Shown piece by piece: positions 1 to 8,970 of a DNA stretch of 64,000 nt. The DNA lies in assembly GCA_002413425.1 (NCBI GenBank), contig DHWY01000003.1:17693-81692 (forward strand). Reading direction: 5' to 3'. Numbering within the stretch: position 1 is the first letter of the stretch; each line of letters starts with the position of its first letter. A program made the translations under genes and the position numbers. Origin of the DNA: Candidatus Saccharibacteria bacterium UBA5170 (GTDB taxonomy: Bacteria; Patescibacteriota; Saccharimonadia; Saccharimonadales; Saccharimonadaceae). The notes under the pieces were generated by a model that saw only the letters and a program-made list of their open reading frames with translations, was not told where the DNA came from and searched no databases.

Positions 1-983
1 AGTTCACGGATATTGGTTTTAATATTTGTGGCCATATATTCAACCGTGTCTTGGCCGAGCGAGACGCCCGATAGTTCGGCTTTGGCAGTCAAAATCGCAC
101 AACGCGTTTCAAAATCAGGCATTTGGATATCAATCGTCATCCCCATTTCAAAACGGCTCCGTAGACGTTCAGTTAGGGTAGGAATACTTTTTGGCGGCTT
201 ATCACTACAGATAATAATTTGTTTATTGTTTTGGTGGAGGTGGTTGAAGGTGTGAAAGAATTCTTCCTGCGTCTTCTCTTTACCGGCAATAAATTGCATG
301 TCATCAACGATTAAAACATCAACGTTACGATATTTCTCTGAGAAACCTTTTTTCTTGAAACGAATATGTTCCAAGAATTCATTCACAAACGTTTCACTAC
401 TGATATATAAAATCCGGGTGCCAGGTTGGGTTTTAGTAATCTCATTACCAATCGCCTGCATCAGGTGTGTTTTACCAAGACCAACGCCGCCATAAAGATA
501 GAGCGGGTTGTATTTAATACCAGGATGAGCCGCGACTGCTTGACTAGCTGTGTAGGCGAGGTCGTTACTTGACCCGACAATGAAGTTATCAAAGGTGTAG
601 CGAGGATTGAGGCCACCAGCTGCCACCAAGGGAGCATTCTTGGTGTAGGTATTGGCGACAGGGGCCGTTATAAGGCTCTCGGCTGTTTGCTGGGCTTCGG
701 TCAGCGGGGTTGTTTCACGATTCACGCGGGTTTTTTTACTGGTCGAGGTGACGGTGTAGGTGATACGCTTGGGGGTTACGCCGTTTTTTGCGAGAACAGT
801 TTTGATTTGGTTATTAAACTTTACTTCGAATTGTTTCTTGGCGAATATGTTAGGAACGGCAATCACAATACCAGTATCGTTTTGATCGAGCAGCTCAGTA
901 TTTTTAAACCACGTCGTAAAGGTGGCATGGGAAACAGATAATTCAATTTCTCCGAGCACACTTTGCCACAACACGTGATGCAT
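1..983 (-). CDS. dnaA: Chromosomal replication initiator DnaA (5' part; gene continues past the left window edge)
   Basis: Not in the ORF track because it is open at the window edge. Own translation of the minus strand from ATG 983-981: MHHVLWQSVLGEIELSVSHATFTTWFKNT...YNPLYLYGGVGLGKTHLMQAIGNE...VDVLIVDDMQFIAGKEKTQEEFFHTFNHL. Walker A GGVGLGKTH and Walker B LIVDD of the DnaA AAA+ core. AAGGGAG SD about 8 nt upstream. Divergent from rpmH. Confidence 0.93.
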   Translation of the reverse strand, partial: MHHVLWQSVLGEIELSVSHATFTTWFKNTELLDQNDTGIVIAVPNIFAKKQFEVKFNNQIKTVLAKNGVTPKRITYTVTSTSKKTRVNRETTPLTEAQQTAESLITAPVANTYTKNAPLVAAGGLNPRYTFDNFIVGSSNDLAYTASQAVAAHPGIKYNPLYLYGGVGLGKTHLMQAIGNEITKTQPGTRILYISSETFVNEFLEHIRFKKKGFSEKYRNVDVLIVDDMQFIAGKEKTQEEFFHTFNHLHQNNKQIIICSDKPPKSIPTLTERLRSRFEMGMTIDIQMPDFETRCAILTAKAELSGVSLGQDTVEYMATNIKTNIRE

Positions 984-1034
984 ACTTCAACTCCCTTAAA
1001 AAACACACTTTAGTTCTTATTACTATACTATAGG

Positions 1035-1134
1035 CCGGAGGTTTTCCACAACTACAAATATATAGTATCCAAAAGGGTAGTAAAGGGTACCAGTTTTCCA
1101 CAATAACCTCCGACCTCGGTTAAAGTGTGGATAA
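1035..1134. promoter_or_regulatory. DnaA-box cluster in the dnaA-rpmH intergenic region (candidate oriC / dnaA autoregulation)
   Basis: TTTTCCACA at 1042-1050 and 1094-1102 (8/9 match to TTATCCACA). Perfect box on the other strand, TGTGGATAA, at 1126-1134. Inverted 8-mer CGGAGGTT (1036-1043) / AACCTCCG (1105-1112) brackets the first two boxes. Confidence 0.6.
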
Positions 1135-1239
1135 AAACAAGCTTTATGGGGAAAAGTTTTAAATACCAAATAATCGTTCTGGCTAAACTTCAACTATCGG
1201 CTTGCTAAAAAGGGTTAATTTCGGTAGACTAGGTGAGAT

Positions 1240-1377
1240 ATGCCAAAGCGAACATTCCAACCACACACCCGTCACCGAGCCCGTACGCATGGTTTTCGTG
1301 CCCGTATTTCCACAAAGGCCGGACGAGCTGTTATTAAAAGGCGCCGCATCAAGGGCCGCTCTCAACTAACAGCCTAA
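1240..1377 (+). CDS. rpmH: 50S ribosomal protein L34
   Basis: Own translation (too short for the track): [45 protein letters not shown], 45 aa. Canonical L34 sequence. Sits upstream of rnpA. Confidence 0.95.
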   Translation: MPKRTFQPHTRHRARTHGFRARISTKAGRAVIKRRRIKGRSQLTA

Positions 1378-1385
1378 TGACGACA

Positions 1386-1418
1386 AAAACACCGCCTACC
1401 TAGAGCGGTGTTTTTATT
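1386..1418 (+). terminator. Intrinsic terminator after rpmH
   Basis: AAAACACCGC (1386-1395) pairs with GCGGTGTTTT (1405-1414), 9-nt loop, followed by a T-run. Confidence 0.7.
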
Positions 1419-1462
1419 ATTGCTACTACCGACCATCTGCCAAATACCATATACTAGGATTA

Positions 1463-1816
1463 ATGATCCCTTTTCGTAATCGTTTTCATGGCCACAATAG
1501 TCTTCGTTTCGTCTATAAAAATGGACGAATTGTTCGGTCGCGTTACGTAACGCTCAAATCGAGTCCAAACCAAAACCGTAGCCAACCTCGTATGGCGGTG
1601 GTTGTTAGTAAAAAGGTTTTAAAAAGCGCGGTGCGCCGCAACCGAATACGGCGCCGAATTTATGATTATATTCGCAACCAAATACCCCGTCTGAATCAAA
1701 ATTATGATATTGTCATTATCGTCTCCTCCAGCGAGCTCTTGTCGATGCCCTCCGAAGAGTTGGTCGCTCAACTCGAGCAACTGTTTGTGCAGTCAGAACT
1801 GTATAAAACCAGCTAA
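1463..1816 (+). CDS. rnpA: Ribonuclease P protein component
   Basis: 117-aa basic protein with KKVLKSAVRRNRIRRRI (RNR-type motif). Conserved position between rpmH and yidC. Confidence 0.9.
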   Translation: MIPFRNRFHGHNSLRFVYKNGRIVRSRYVTLKSSPNQNRSQPRMAVVVSKKVLKSAVRRNRIRRRIYDYIRNQIPRLNQNYDIVIIVSSSELLSMPSEELVAQLEQLFVQSELYKTS

Positions 1817-1868
1817 AACTGCTATAATATATCCCAGTATTGTGCCTTATCGTTGGAGTTTTTAGCTT

Positions 1869-2825
1869 GTGAATATTTTTGAAGTCTTAGTAGTTCAGCC
1901 AATTTTTAACCTGTTAATTGGGTTATATAGCCTGATTCCAGGTGGTGATTTTGGTATCGCCCTGATTCTGTTTACGATTATGATTCGATTCGCTTTGCTG
2001 CCGCTCGTTAAACGGCAACTGCACCAAGTCGGGGCGATGCGCAAACTTCAACCGCAACTTGCCAAGATAAAAAAAGACGCCAAAGGCAACAAACAACTCG
2101 AAAGCATGCAGATGATGGAGCTGTACAAGCAAAACGGCGTTAATCCTTTCCGTTCGATTGGAATCCTACTCATTCAACTACCTATTTTTATCGCCCTCTA
2201 TCAGGTGATTCAGATTTTTACTCTCCACCGCAATCAAATTGGCAAACTCACCTATAGCTTTATGCAAAACATCGAGCCGATAAAAAAACTGATTGAACAT
2301 CCCAATCAGTTCAACGAGAAACTCTTGGGGATTGTTGATCTGACGGCCCGTGCCTTGGGCGGTCCACATGGTATTAATGCCTTCTTGGTACTGCTGGCGA
2401 TTATCGCCGCCGTCACCCAATACATCATGTCAAAACAGACCATGCCGCAACAAGAAGGTAACAAGCGTTTGCGTGATGTTATGACTGAGGCGGCTGATGG
2501 TCAACCAGCCAATCAGGGTGAAATGAATGCTATCGTGATGGGAAAAATGACGAAAATCTTGCCTTTCTTCATGCTATTTGTCATGATGAGTCTGCCAGGT
2601 GCACTGGCGCTGTACTACGCAGTTTCAAATATGGTGGCGGTGATTCAACAACACTTTATCCTTAAACAAGATGTCGACGAACTGGAGTCTATCGCCGAGG
2701 AAGTCGTGCCGACAACCGGCAAAAAAGCCACGGCCAAAGCCCGCGCCAAACTGGCCACCGAGGCAAATATTATCAGGATTACCGCCAAAGACGGGGCTCC
2801 AAAAAAATCAAAGAAAAAGGAGTAG
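1869..2825 (+). CDS. yidC: Membrane protein insertase YidC (short Gram-positive type)
   Basis: 318 aa, GTG start with GGAG about 11 nt upstream. Multiple TM segments, lysine-rich C-terminal tail, rnpA-yidC-jag synteny. Confidence 0.9.
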   Translation: MNIFEVLVVQPIFNLLIGLYSLIPGGDFGIALILFTIMIRFALLPLVKRQLHQVGAMRKLQPQLAKIKKDAKGNKQLESMQMMELYKQNGVNPFRSIGILLIQLPIFIALYQVIQIFTLHRNQIGKLTYSFMQNIEPIKKLIEHPNQFNEKLLGIVDLTARALGGPHGINAFLVLLAIIAAVTQYIMSKQTMPQQEGNKRLRDVMTEAADGQPANQGEMNAIVMGKMTKILPFFMLFVMMSLPGALALYYAVSNMVAVIQQHFILKQDVDELESIAEEVVPTTGKKATAKARAKLATEANIIRITAKDGAPKKSKKKE

Positions 2826-2827
2826 GT

Positions 2828-3289
2828 ATGGACAAAGAACAATCAATTCAATTCGCGCAAAAATACTTAGAGGATCTCTTGTCATTCTTTGGGGCCAACC
2901 TGACCGTTCATTCCACCTGCGACGAAGACGTTATCGAATTATCGGTGCCCTCAAGCGAGTTGAACAGCCTGTTGATCGGCCGTAACGCCGAAACCCTCCG
3001 TAGCCTGCAATACATCGTCTCGACAGTTCTGCGTAACCAAGAAGCCGGTCTGACGCGCGTTAATATCGACATTGCCGACTACAAGAAGCAACGGGCCGAA
3101 CGCGTCGCCGAACAAGCCCATATATGGATAGCCGAAGTTCGTCGCACCGGTGATTCATATATTGCCAGCCTCAACGCCGCCGATCGGCGAATCGTTCACC
3201 ACGTCGCCAGTGAATACAGCGATATTATGACGTTCTCCGAGGGTGAAGGCCGCGACCGTAAGATTACTATTGCCCAAGCCAGTAGTTAG
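2828..3289 (+). CDS. jag: Jag/KhpB-like RNA-binding protein (KH + R3H)
   Basis: 153 aa immediately after yidC (AAAGGAG SD). C-terminal R3H-like segment LNAADRRIVHHVASEY. Classic yidC-jag pairing. Confidence 0.75.
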   Translation: MDKEQSIQFAQKYLEDLLSFFGANLTVHSTCDEDVIELSVPSSELNSLLIGRNAETLRSLQYIVSTVLRNQEAGLTRVNIDIADYKKQRAERVAEQAHIWIAEVRRTGDSYIASLNAADRRIVHHVASEYSDIMTFSEGEGRDRKITIAQASS

Positions 3290-4374
3290 GGTTTTAAAGC
3301 TTTCGTATAGACCTCGTGTGTCTGCTGCGCCATCCGCTGCCATGAATATTTTTTGAGTTGGGTGTAGCCTTCTTTGATCATTTCATTTCTCAACATATCG
3401 TTCGACAAGACTTCGTCAATCACCCGCGCCATATCGGTGGTGTCGCTCGGATTGAAATAGTGGGCGGCGTGACCGTAAACTTCGGGCAGGCAAGTGGCGT
3501 TGCTGCTGACCACTGGTGCGCCGTAACCCATCGCCTCTAACCCCGGGAGGCCGAAACCTTCCATCAGTGACGGAAAGACATAGGCAGCAGCCTTGGTGTA
3601 GAGCCAATCTCGTTGAGGGTCTTCAATAAAGTCAGTGAAGAGGATATTTTTGTAGTGACGCTCGGTAAAGTATTGTTCGTTTCGCAGCAGACCGGCGTTC
3701 TTTTTACCCACCAGAATTAACCCCAGGTCGGGGTATTTCTTAATCAGGCGTTGGTGAGCATCACCCAGTCGCCGAATGTTCTTGTAGTCGCTCTGCTGGC
3801 CAACGTACAATATAAAATGCTTAAACAGATGCGTGTACGGCTCAAGGGTGTCAATCGAGACATCGGCTGCCTCGTAGGTAACGGTTACTTTATTTGGCCA
3901 GATGCCGCTAAACTCAATCAGTTCTTTTTTAGTAAATTCACTAGGGGTAATAATCTGATCACTTGTTTTCGCGACTCGTTTAAAGACAAATTTACCGACC
4001 ACTTGTTTGGCGTGGAAGATGAGCCAGTTTTTGTCTGAATTATAGGTGTGAAGTAGGTTGAGGTCATGAAAAGTAGTGACTTTGGCGCCGCTATAAAAGA
4101 TCGGTTGCTGGGGCATGCAAAAGTGCACCAAATCCGGTTCCAGTTGATCGAGGAATTTTTTGAAACCGATCTGTTCGGCGAACGAATAGTTGGCAAAATC
4201 AGCCGTTTTAACGGTGAAGTTGTCGGCCGTTGGGGTCCAAAACTCTTTATCTTTGGACGGTACTAACACGGTGTAGGTATTGAGGTCATCGACTTCTTGT
4301 AGGTAATGAAGCAAGCGTTCGACGTAGCGCCCGGTTGAGGAGTTGATAATGCGGGCATCGATGACAATATGCAT
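3286..4374 (-). CDS. Glycosyltransferase, GT4 (GT-B fold)
   Basis: 362 aa with C-terminal PSLMEGFGLPGLEAMGYGAPVVSSN...E (EX7E-type GT4 motif). Confidence 0.85.
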   Translation of the reverse strand: MHIVIDARIINSSTGRYVERLLHYLQEVDDLNTYTVLVPSKDKEFWTPTADNFTVKTADFANYSFAEQIGFKKFLDQLEPDLVHFCMPQQPIFYSGAKVTTFHDLNLLHTYNSDKNWLIFHAKQVVGKFVFKRVAKTSDQIITPSEFTKKELIEFSGIWPNKVTVTYEAADVSIDTLEPYTHLFKHFILYVGQQSDYKNIRRLGDAHQRLIKKYPDLGLILVGKKNAGLLRNEQYFTERHYKNILFTDFIEDPQRDWLYTKAAAYVFPSLMEGFGLPGLEAMGYGAPVVSSNATCLPEVYGHAAHYFNPSDTTDMARVIDEVLSNDMLRNEMIKEGYTQLKKYSWQRMAQQTHEVYTKALKP

Positions 4375-4796
4375 TAAACTTCATCTTTCTTGAAAACATA
4401 CTTGGCGTACAGCACGTAATTCCAGACCAATGTCACCAGGGTGGCCAGCAGTTTACCGATAAACAGCACGATAGAGTTCGGAATACCCAAGTCACTTATC
4501 ATCCAGGCAACTCCGGTGATAATAATCGGCTGAATGACCCACAGGCCAAACAGGGTAATGACCAGGAAGAGGCCGAATTGCTTTTTGGTGTTGCTGGCCT
4601 TTGACTTAAAGGTGAAGGAGCGGTTGACAAAAAAGCTAAACACAAAGGCGATTGTCGTTGAAATATAGTTGCTGGCAATCCTATCAAAACCAAAGAACAC
4701 CAGGGTAAACAAAATACCAAAATCGAGCGCCGTATTGGCGCCACCGACCACGCCGAAGCGCAGTTTCTCAGCGTGTTTTTTTATCAGTTTTTCCAT
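4374..4796 (-). CDS. GtrA-family small polytopic membrane protein
   Basis: 140 aa, four hydrophobic segments, N-terminal RFGVVGGANTALDFG typical of GtrA. Overlaps the upstream GtrB-like gene by 29 nt. Confidence 0.8.
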   Translation of the reverse strand: MEKLIKKHAEKLRFGVVGGANTALDFGILFTLVFFGFDRIASNYISTTIAFVFSFFVNRSFTFKSKASNTKKQFGLFLVITLFGLWVIQPIIITGVAWMISDLGIPNSIVLFIGKLLATLVTLVWNYVLYAKYVFKKDEV

Positions 4797-5718
4797 GGTG
4801 GTACTCTTCTACGAAATATAACGGTCGTTGTTTGGTTTCGTTAAAAATTCGGCCGATGTATTCGCCAATAATACCCAGCGATAACAGCTGGACGCCACCC
4901 AGAAACAGGATGACCGCCATCATCGAAGGATAGCCCGCCAGATCGGTCCCGAAGAAGATAGTCCGAACAACTAAGTAAATGATGTAGACAAAGGCCGCCA
5001 CCGAGACTACCCCGCCCAACAGCGACGATAGGCGCAGCGGTGCGGTGGTAAACGAGGTCAGGCCGTCAATCGCAAAGTTAATCAGTTTTGGATAGTTCCA
5101 TTTAGTTTCACCCGCCAGGCGTTGGTCGCGGTCGTAGGTGATTTCTTTCTTGTTGTAGCCAATCCAGCTGAACATACCCTTGGTGTAGCGCTGTGATTCA
5201 CGAATTTGCGTCAGAGCCTGCACGCAGCGACGGTCAAGTAGGCGAAAGTCGCCGGTGTCTTGCTGAATTTCAATGTGGGTCGCTTTTTGAAGCAGGCGAT
5301 AGTAGAGGCGCGAGCTGGCTTTTTTAAACCAGCTTTCACCCTCGCGGCTGGTGCGTTTGGCATAGACATCGTCGTAACCGTCTTCCCAAAGCTTAATCAT
5401 CTGGGGGATTAACTCTGGTGGATCCTGCAGATCGGCGTCGATAATCACCGTGGCGTCACCGGTCACGTGATCCAGGCCGGCAATCATGGCGATTTCTTTG
5501 CCGAAGTTACGCGACAGGTTGACGTAGGCGATGCGCTGGTCTTTTTCGGCGTAATCCTGGATAATTTCGAGCGTTTTGTCGCGACTACCGTCGTTGACGA
5601 ATAAAAACTCAAACTCGTATGATTTGTTGTCGTTGGCTAATTTGCCAAGACGTTGGTAGAGCGCCTCTAAAACTTCTTCTTCGTTGTAAGCGGGAACCAG
5701 AATGCTGATTTTTTTCAT
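4768..5718 (-). CDS. GT2 polyprenyl-phosphate glycosyltransferase (GtrB / DPM1-like)
   Basis: 316 aa. ISILVPAYNEE, FVNDGSRD and IDADLQDPPE motifs plus two C-terminal TM helices. Confidence 0.85.
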   Translation of the reverse strand: MKKISILVPAYNEEEVLEALYQRLGKLANDNKSYEFEFLFVNDGSRDKTLEIIQDYAEKDQRIAYVNLSRNFGKEIAMIAGLDHVTGDATVIIDADLQDPPELIPQMIKLWEDGYDDVYAKRTSREGESWFKKASSRLYYRLLQKATHIEIQQDTGDFRLLDRRCVQALTQIRESQRYTKGMFSWIGYNKKEITYDRDQRLAGETKWNYPKLINFAIDGLTSFTTAPLRLSSLLGGVVSVAAFVYIIYLVVRTIFFGTDLAGYPSMMAVILFLGGVQLLSLGIIGEYIGRIFNETKQRPLYFVEEYHHGKTDKKTR

Positions 5719-5912
5719 GTGATATCAGTATAACACTCGGGGTGAGCTAATGGAATTTAGCTAATAGGGAAGAGTTATTTTTAATTACTAATAATTAATC
5801 CTTACTTTCGACGCGGAAAGTAATCAAACGCGCTTCTTTTGCTACCCAAAAGGATGCCTTTTGTTGCTTTGTGGCCAAAAAGCAAGGATTACCCCCTGTT
5901 AACTAACAGAAA

Positions 5913-6779
5913 TTATTTATTATCAACTATTAACTCAATCAATCCCGTAATACTTGTCGCCACGTGTGCACCGGCTTTTGCCAAAGCCTCCGTTTTACTG
6001 GCGGCGGATTCATCGGCGCTCCCCAGGATTGCTCCGGCATGGCCGAGTTGAACGCCAACCGGCGCGTGATGGCCGGCCACGTAGGCAAAGACCGGTTTGG
6101 TAACGGACGTGGCGATGTAGTCGGCCGCGAGCTGTTCGTCGGTGCCACCGATTTCACCAATCAGGACGATTTGATCAACTTCGGGGTCATTTTCAAATAA
6201 TTCCAGGCAGTCGATAAAACCAGTTCCACGGATGCGATCGCCGCCAGTCCCGATGACGTAGCGCTGGCCTATGCCCTTTGCGCTCAAGCCCGCCATTGTT
6301 TCATAGGTCAAGGTGCCGGAGCGGCTGACGATGGCTGTGCGGCCCGGCAGGGACATGTTGGCGGGAATTATCCCCAGCTTATTCACACCCGGAATGATAA
6401 CGCCTGGCGAGTTTGGTCCAATCAGGCTGCTACCCGAACCCGCCAGTCTTTTTTTAATCTGAATCATGTCATGAATCGGCACGCCTTCGGTAATACAGAC
6501 AATCAAGGGGATGTGGGCGGTAATCGCCTCGAAGATAGCCGATTTGGCAAACGGAGCGGGGACAAAAATGACCGTGGTGTCGACCGTGTGCTCTTTTTGA
6601 ATGTCGGCGATTGAGTCATAGACGGGCACGTCCTCGACAACTTGACCAGCTTTGCCAGGTGTTGTACCTGCAACAACATTCGTACCAGCCGCCAACATGG
6701 CTTTGGTCTGGAAGCGGCCGTGGCCACCGGTAATTCCCTGAACGATGACGTTCTGGGCTGAAAAGAGGGTGCTTTTCAC
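5913..6779 (-). CDS. sucD: Succinate--CoA ligase alpha subunit
   Basis: QGITGGHGRFQTKAMLAAGTNVVAGTTPGKAG and HAGAI (phosphohistidine loop). I prefer the GTG at 6779, which overlaps the sucC stop as GTGA. The track ORF extends to ATG 6812. Confidence 0.85.
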   Translation of the reverse strand: MKSTLFSAQNVIVQGITGGHGRFQTKAMLAAGTNVVAGTTPGKAGQVVEDVPVYDSIADIQKEHTVDTTVIFVPAPFAKSAIFEAITAHIPLIVCITEGVPIHDMIQIKKRLAGSGSSLIGPNSPGVIIPGVNKLGIIPANMSLPGRTAIVSRSGTLTYETMAGLSAKGIGQRYVIGTGGDRIRGTGFIDCLELFENDPEVDQIVLIGEIGGTDEQLAADYIATSVTKPVFAYVAGHHAPVGVQLGHAGAILGSADESAASKTEALAKAGAHVATSITGLIELIVDNK

Positions 6780-7843
6780 GACGAAACCTCTTGCTTGGCG
6801 GCTGCCAGGCATTCCTCGAGGGTGGCGAGGATAGGGATGTTTTCTTGTGAGAGTAGATCTGCGGCTGCCTCGAAGTTTGTTCCCGCCAGTCGAATAAATA
6901 GTGGGGGAAGGTTCTCGATTTGTTTTTTAGCAGCAATAATCGCCCGGGCCACTTCGTCACAGCGACTGATACCAGCGAAAACGTTGATCACAATCGCCTG
7001 GATGTTCGGGTATTCGGTAATGCGCCGAAAGGCAGCTACTAACGTCTCAGTGTTGGAGCCGCCACCGATGTCGAGGAAGTTAGCCGGTACCATGCCGTAA
7101 TCTGACACAGCGTCAACGGTCGCCATGGCCAGCCCGGCACCATTGGCGATCGTCGCCACGGTGCCGCCAGGATCCAGGGTGACGAAGTTAGCTTCGGCCG
7201 CCTTGTCTTCAAAGTTCCAATCGTGGCGAAAGGCCGCACTGTCGTCGAGCTCCATCTTGCAATCGCCAGCGACAAATTTTCCGTCATCGGTAAAAACCAA
7301 AGGGTTAATTTCTAGCAACGTGGCGTCATTTGCCACAAAACATTTGTATAAATTCTCTACCAGGTCCTGTAATACGAACGTCTGACTTGGTAAATTGTAA
7401 TAATCGGCCAATTGCTGTCCTGCTACCTCTACGGATTCACTGCTAATAGCTATATTCAAAAAGCTAATTGCCACATTTTCTTCTACTTCTACCCCGCCAT
7501 TGTTATGTGCCATCAAGCAAATCTCGGCCGCTGGCTTATCGATAACCAGCGAAAGGTAATATTCGTGGGCGATGGCTAGCTTTTCTTCCGCCAGAAGGGT
7601 CTGCGGTCGGTAGCCTTTGATTGAGAGCTCAAACAATTCATTGATTGTCTGCTGTAAACTATCTTTATCGTTAACAATTCGTATACCCCCCGCTTTACCA
7701 CGCCCACCGGTCGGGACTTGTGATTTTAAAACCACAGGAAATGTGAGTTGGGGCGAATCATTTCGATGAATTATAGATGAGCGGGGAGTCACAATCCCCG
7801 AAAGTGACAATAGATTCTTTGCCTCGTATTCCAGTAGCTTCAC
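6776..7843 (-). CDS. sucC: Succinate--CoA ligase beta subunit (short, 355 aa)
   Basis: MKLLEYEAKNLL start, ATP-grasp region, and NFLDIGGGSNTETLVAAFRRI...VINVFAGISRCDEVA, which matches the SucC CoA-ligase domain. Confidence 0.85.
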   Translation of the reverse strand: MKLLEYEAKNLLSLSGIVTPRSSIIHRNDSPQLTFPVVLKSQVPTGGRGKAGGIRIVNDKDSLQQTINELFELSIKGYRPQTLLAEEKLAIAHEYYLSLVIDKPAAEICLMAHNNGGVEVEENVAISFLNIAISSESVEVAGQQLADYYNLPSQTFVLQDLVENLYKCFVANDATLLEINPLVFTDDGKFVAGDCKMELDDSAAFRHDWNFEDKAAEANFVTLDPGGTVATIANGAGLAMATVDAVSDYGMVPANFLDIGGGSNTETLVAAFRRITEYPNIQAIVINVFAGISRCDEVARAIIAAKKQIENLPPLFIRLAGTNFEAAADLLSQENIPILATLEECLAAAKQEVSS

Positions 7844-7846
7844 CGA

Positions 7847-8857
7847 CTAGCCCTTACCGGTAAACAGTTTTCGCAGCTTTCGCACACCTGTCTGATCGGG
7901 AGGTAAATCGTTCCACAGGATGCTTTTGATATATTCGGTCGTGACGCGCCTATTCTTTTGTATTTGTCCACGCTCACCGAGTTTTTTGAATCCCAGAACA
8001 AAACTCATCCCAGCGCCTTTTAGCGCCGGTACGCCGTTGCCTTTGGCGATGGCGTTAAGCAAAATGAGCCAGTAGGCGAAATAAAACCGAACACCAACAG
8101 GGAACAATAGCCCGCGGGGCATATCCTTTAGAAACAATAACGGCAGGTTCTTGAACGTATGATAGGTGGTAAAGCCAGGGATTTTTTTGCTGGTGGCGCC
8201 TTGTTTGTGGTAGGCGATAGCCTTGGGGGTATAAGCGACTTTCCAGCCCGCCAGCTGGGCCCGGAAACTGATGTCGGCGTCTTCGTAATAAGCAAAAAAA
8301 TCCTCGTCAAATAGACCGATGTCCTTGAATAAGGCGGTTTTATAGAGACTGGCACCACCGGTGGCGCCAAAGACCGGCCCGGCCTTGAATGCTTTTGCGG
8401 TGTTGTCTCCCCGATTCCTCGGAAAGGCGAGTCCCCACGATGATAACCAGTCACCGCTGCTGTCGATTGTTTTACCGTTTTCGTGAAGCAGTAAGCCGGT
8501 AGTAATACCAACTTCTTTGGGCCGAGCAGCTTCGACCAGACTCTGCAACCAGTTTTTATCCGCTATGGCGTCATTATTAAAAAGCGCTACATATTCAAAG
8601 TCTTCATTAAGCGCCCACTCAATACCGGTGTTGACGCCGCCGGCGAATCCGAAGTTGATAGGGTTATAGAGTACTTCAACTTTATCTCTGTGCTTTGTGC
8701 GGTACGATTCTAATAACTCTTTTGAATTATCAACTGATCCATTGTCGATAACGACAATATGGAAATGTTTATAACTTTGCGATAATAGGGACTCAAGACA
8801 CAATAAAGTGTCTTCAATTCCGTTCCAGTTTAATACAACAATTGCAACTCTGTTCAT
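7847..8857 (-). CDS. GT2 glycosyltransferase (rhamnosyltransferase-like)
   Basis: 336 aa. VAIVVLNWNG, VIDNGSVD and YYEDADISFR motifs. Confidence 0.85.
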   Translation of the reverse strand: MNRVAIVVLNWNGIEDTLLCLESLLSQSYKHFHIVVIDNGSVDNSKELLESYRTKHRDKVEVLYNPINFGFAGGVNTGIEWALNEDFEYVALFNNDAIADKNWLQSLVEAARPKEVGITTGLLLHENGKTIDSSGDWLSSWGLAFPRNRGDNTAKAFKAGPVFGATGGASLYKTALFKDIGLFDEDFFAYYEDADISFRAQLAGWKVAYTPKAIAYHKQGATSKKIPGFTTYHTFKNLPLLFLKDMPRGLLFPVGVRFYFAYWLILLNAIAKGNGVPALKGAGMSFVLGFKKLGERGQIQKNRRVTTEYIKSILWNDLPPDQTGVRKLRKLFTGKG

Positions 8858-8970
8858 ATATGTGTATCCATCTTATAACAAAAGCCAGTGAGCGAATAAA
8901 AAGATACCTGTTTATTTTTATTCCGAACGGCGCATTGTCATATCAATCTGGTATAATTAATTGCAGACTT

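Noticed and set aside
6503-7385. Several 74-114 aa ORFs in alternative frames or on the antisense strand within sucC/sucD.
   Set aside because: These are shadow ORFs of GC-rich coding sequence, with Arg/Pro/Ser-rich composition and no start-site signals.
8842-8970. N-terminal extension of the ABC-2 permease ORF.
   Set aside because: It overlaps the divergent GT2 start and contains the TGGTATAAT promoter. The canonical ABC-2 N-terminus begins at ATG 8971.
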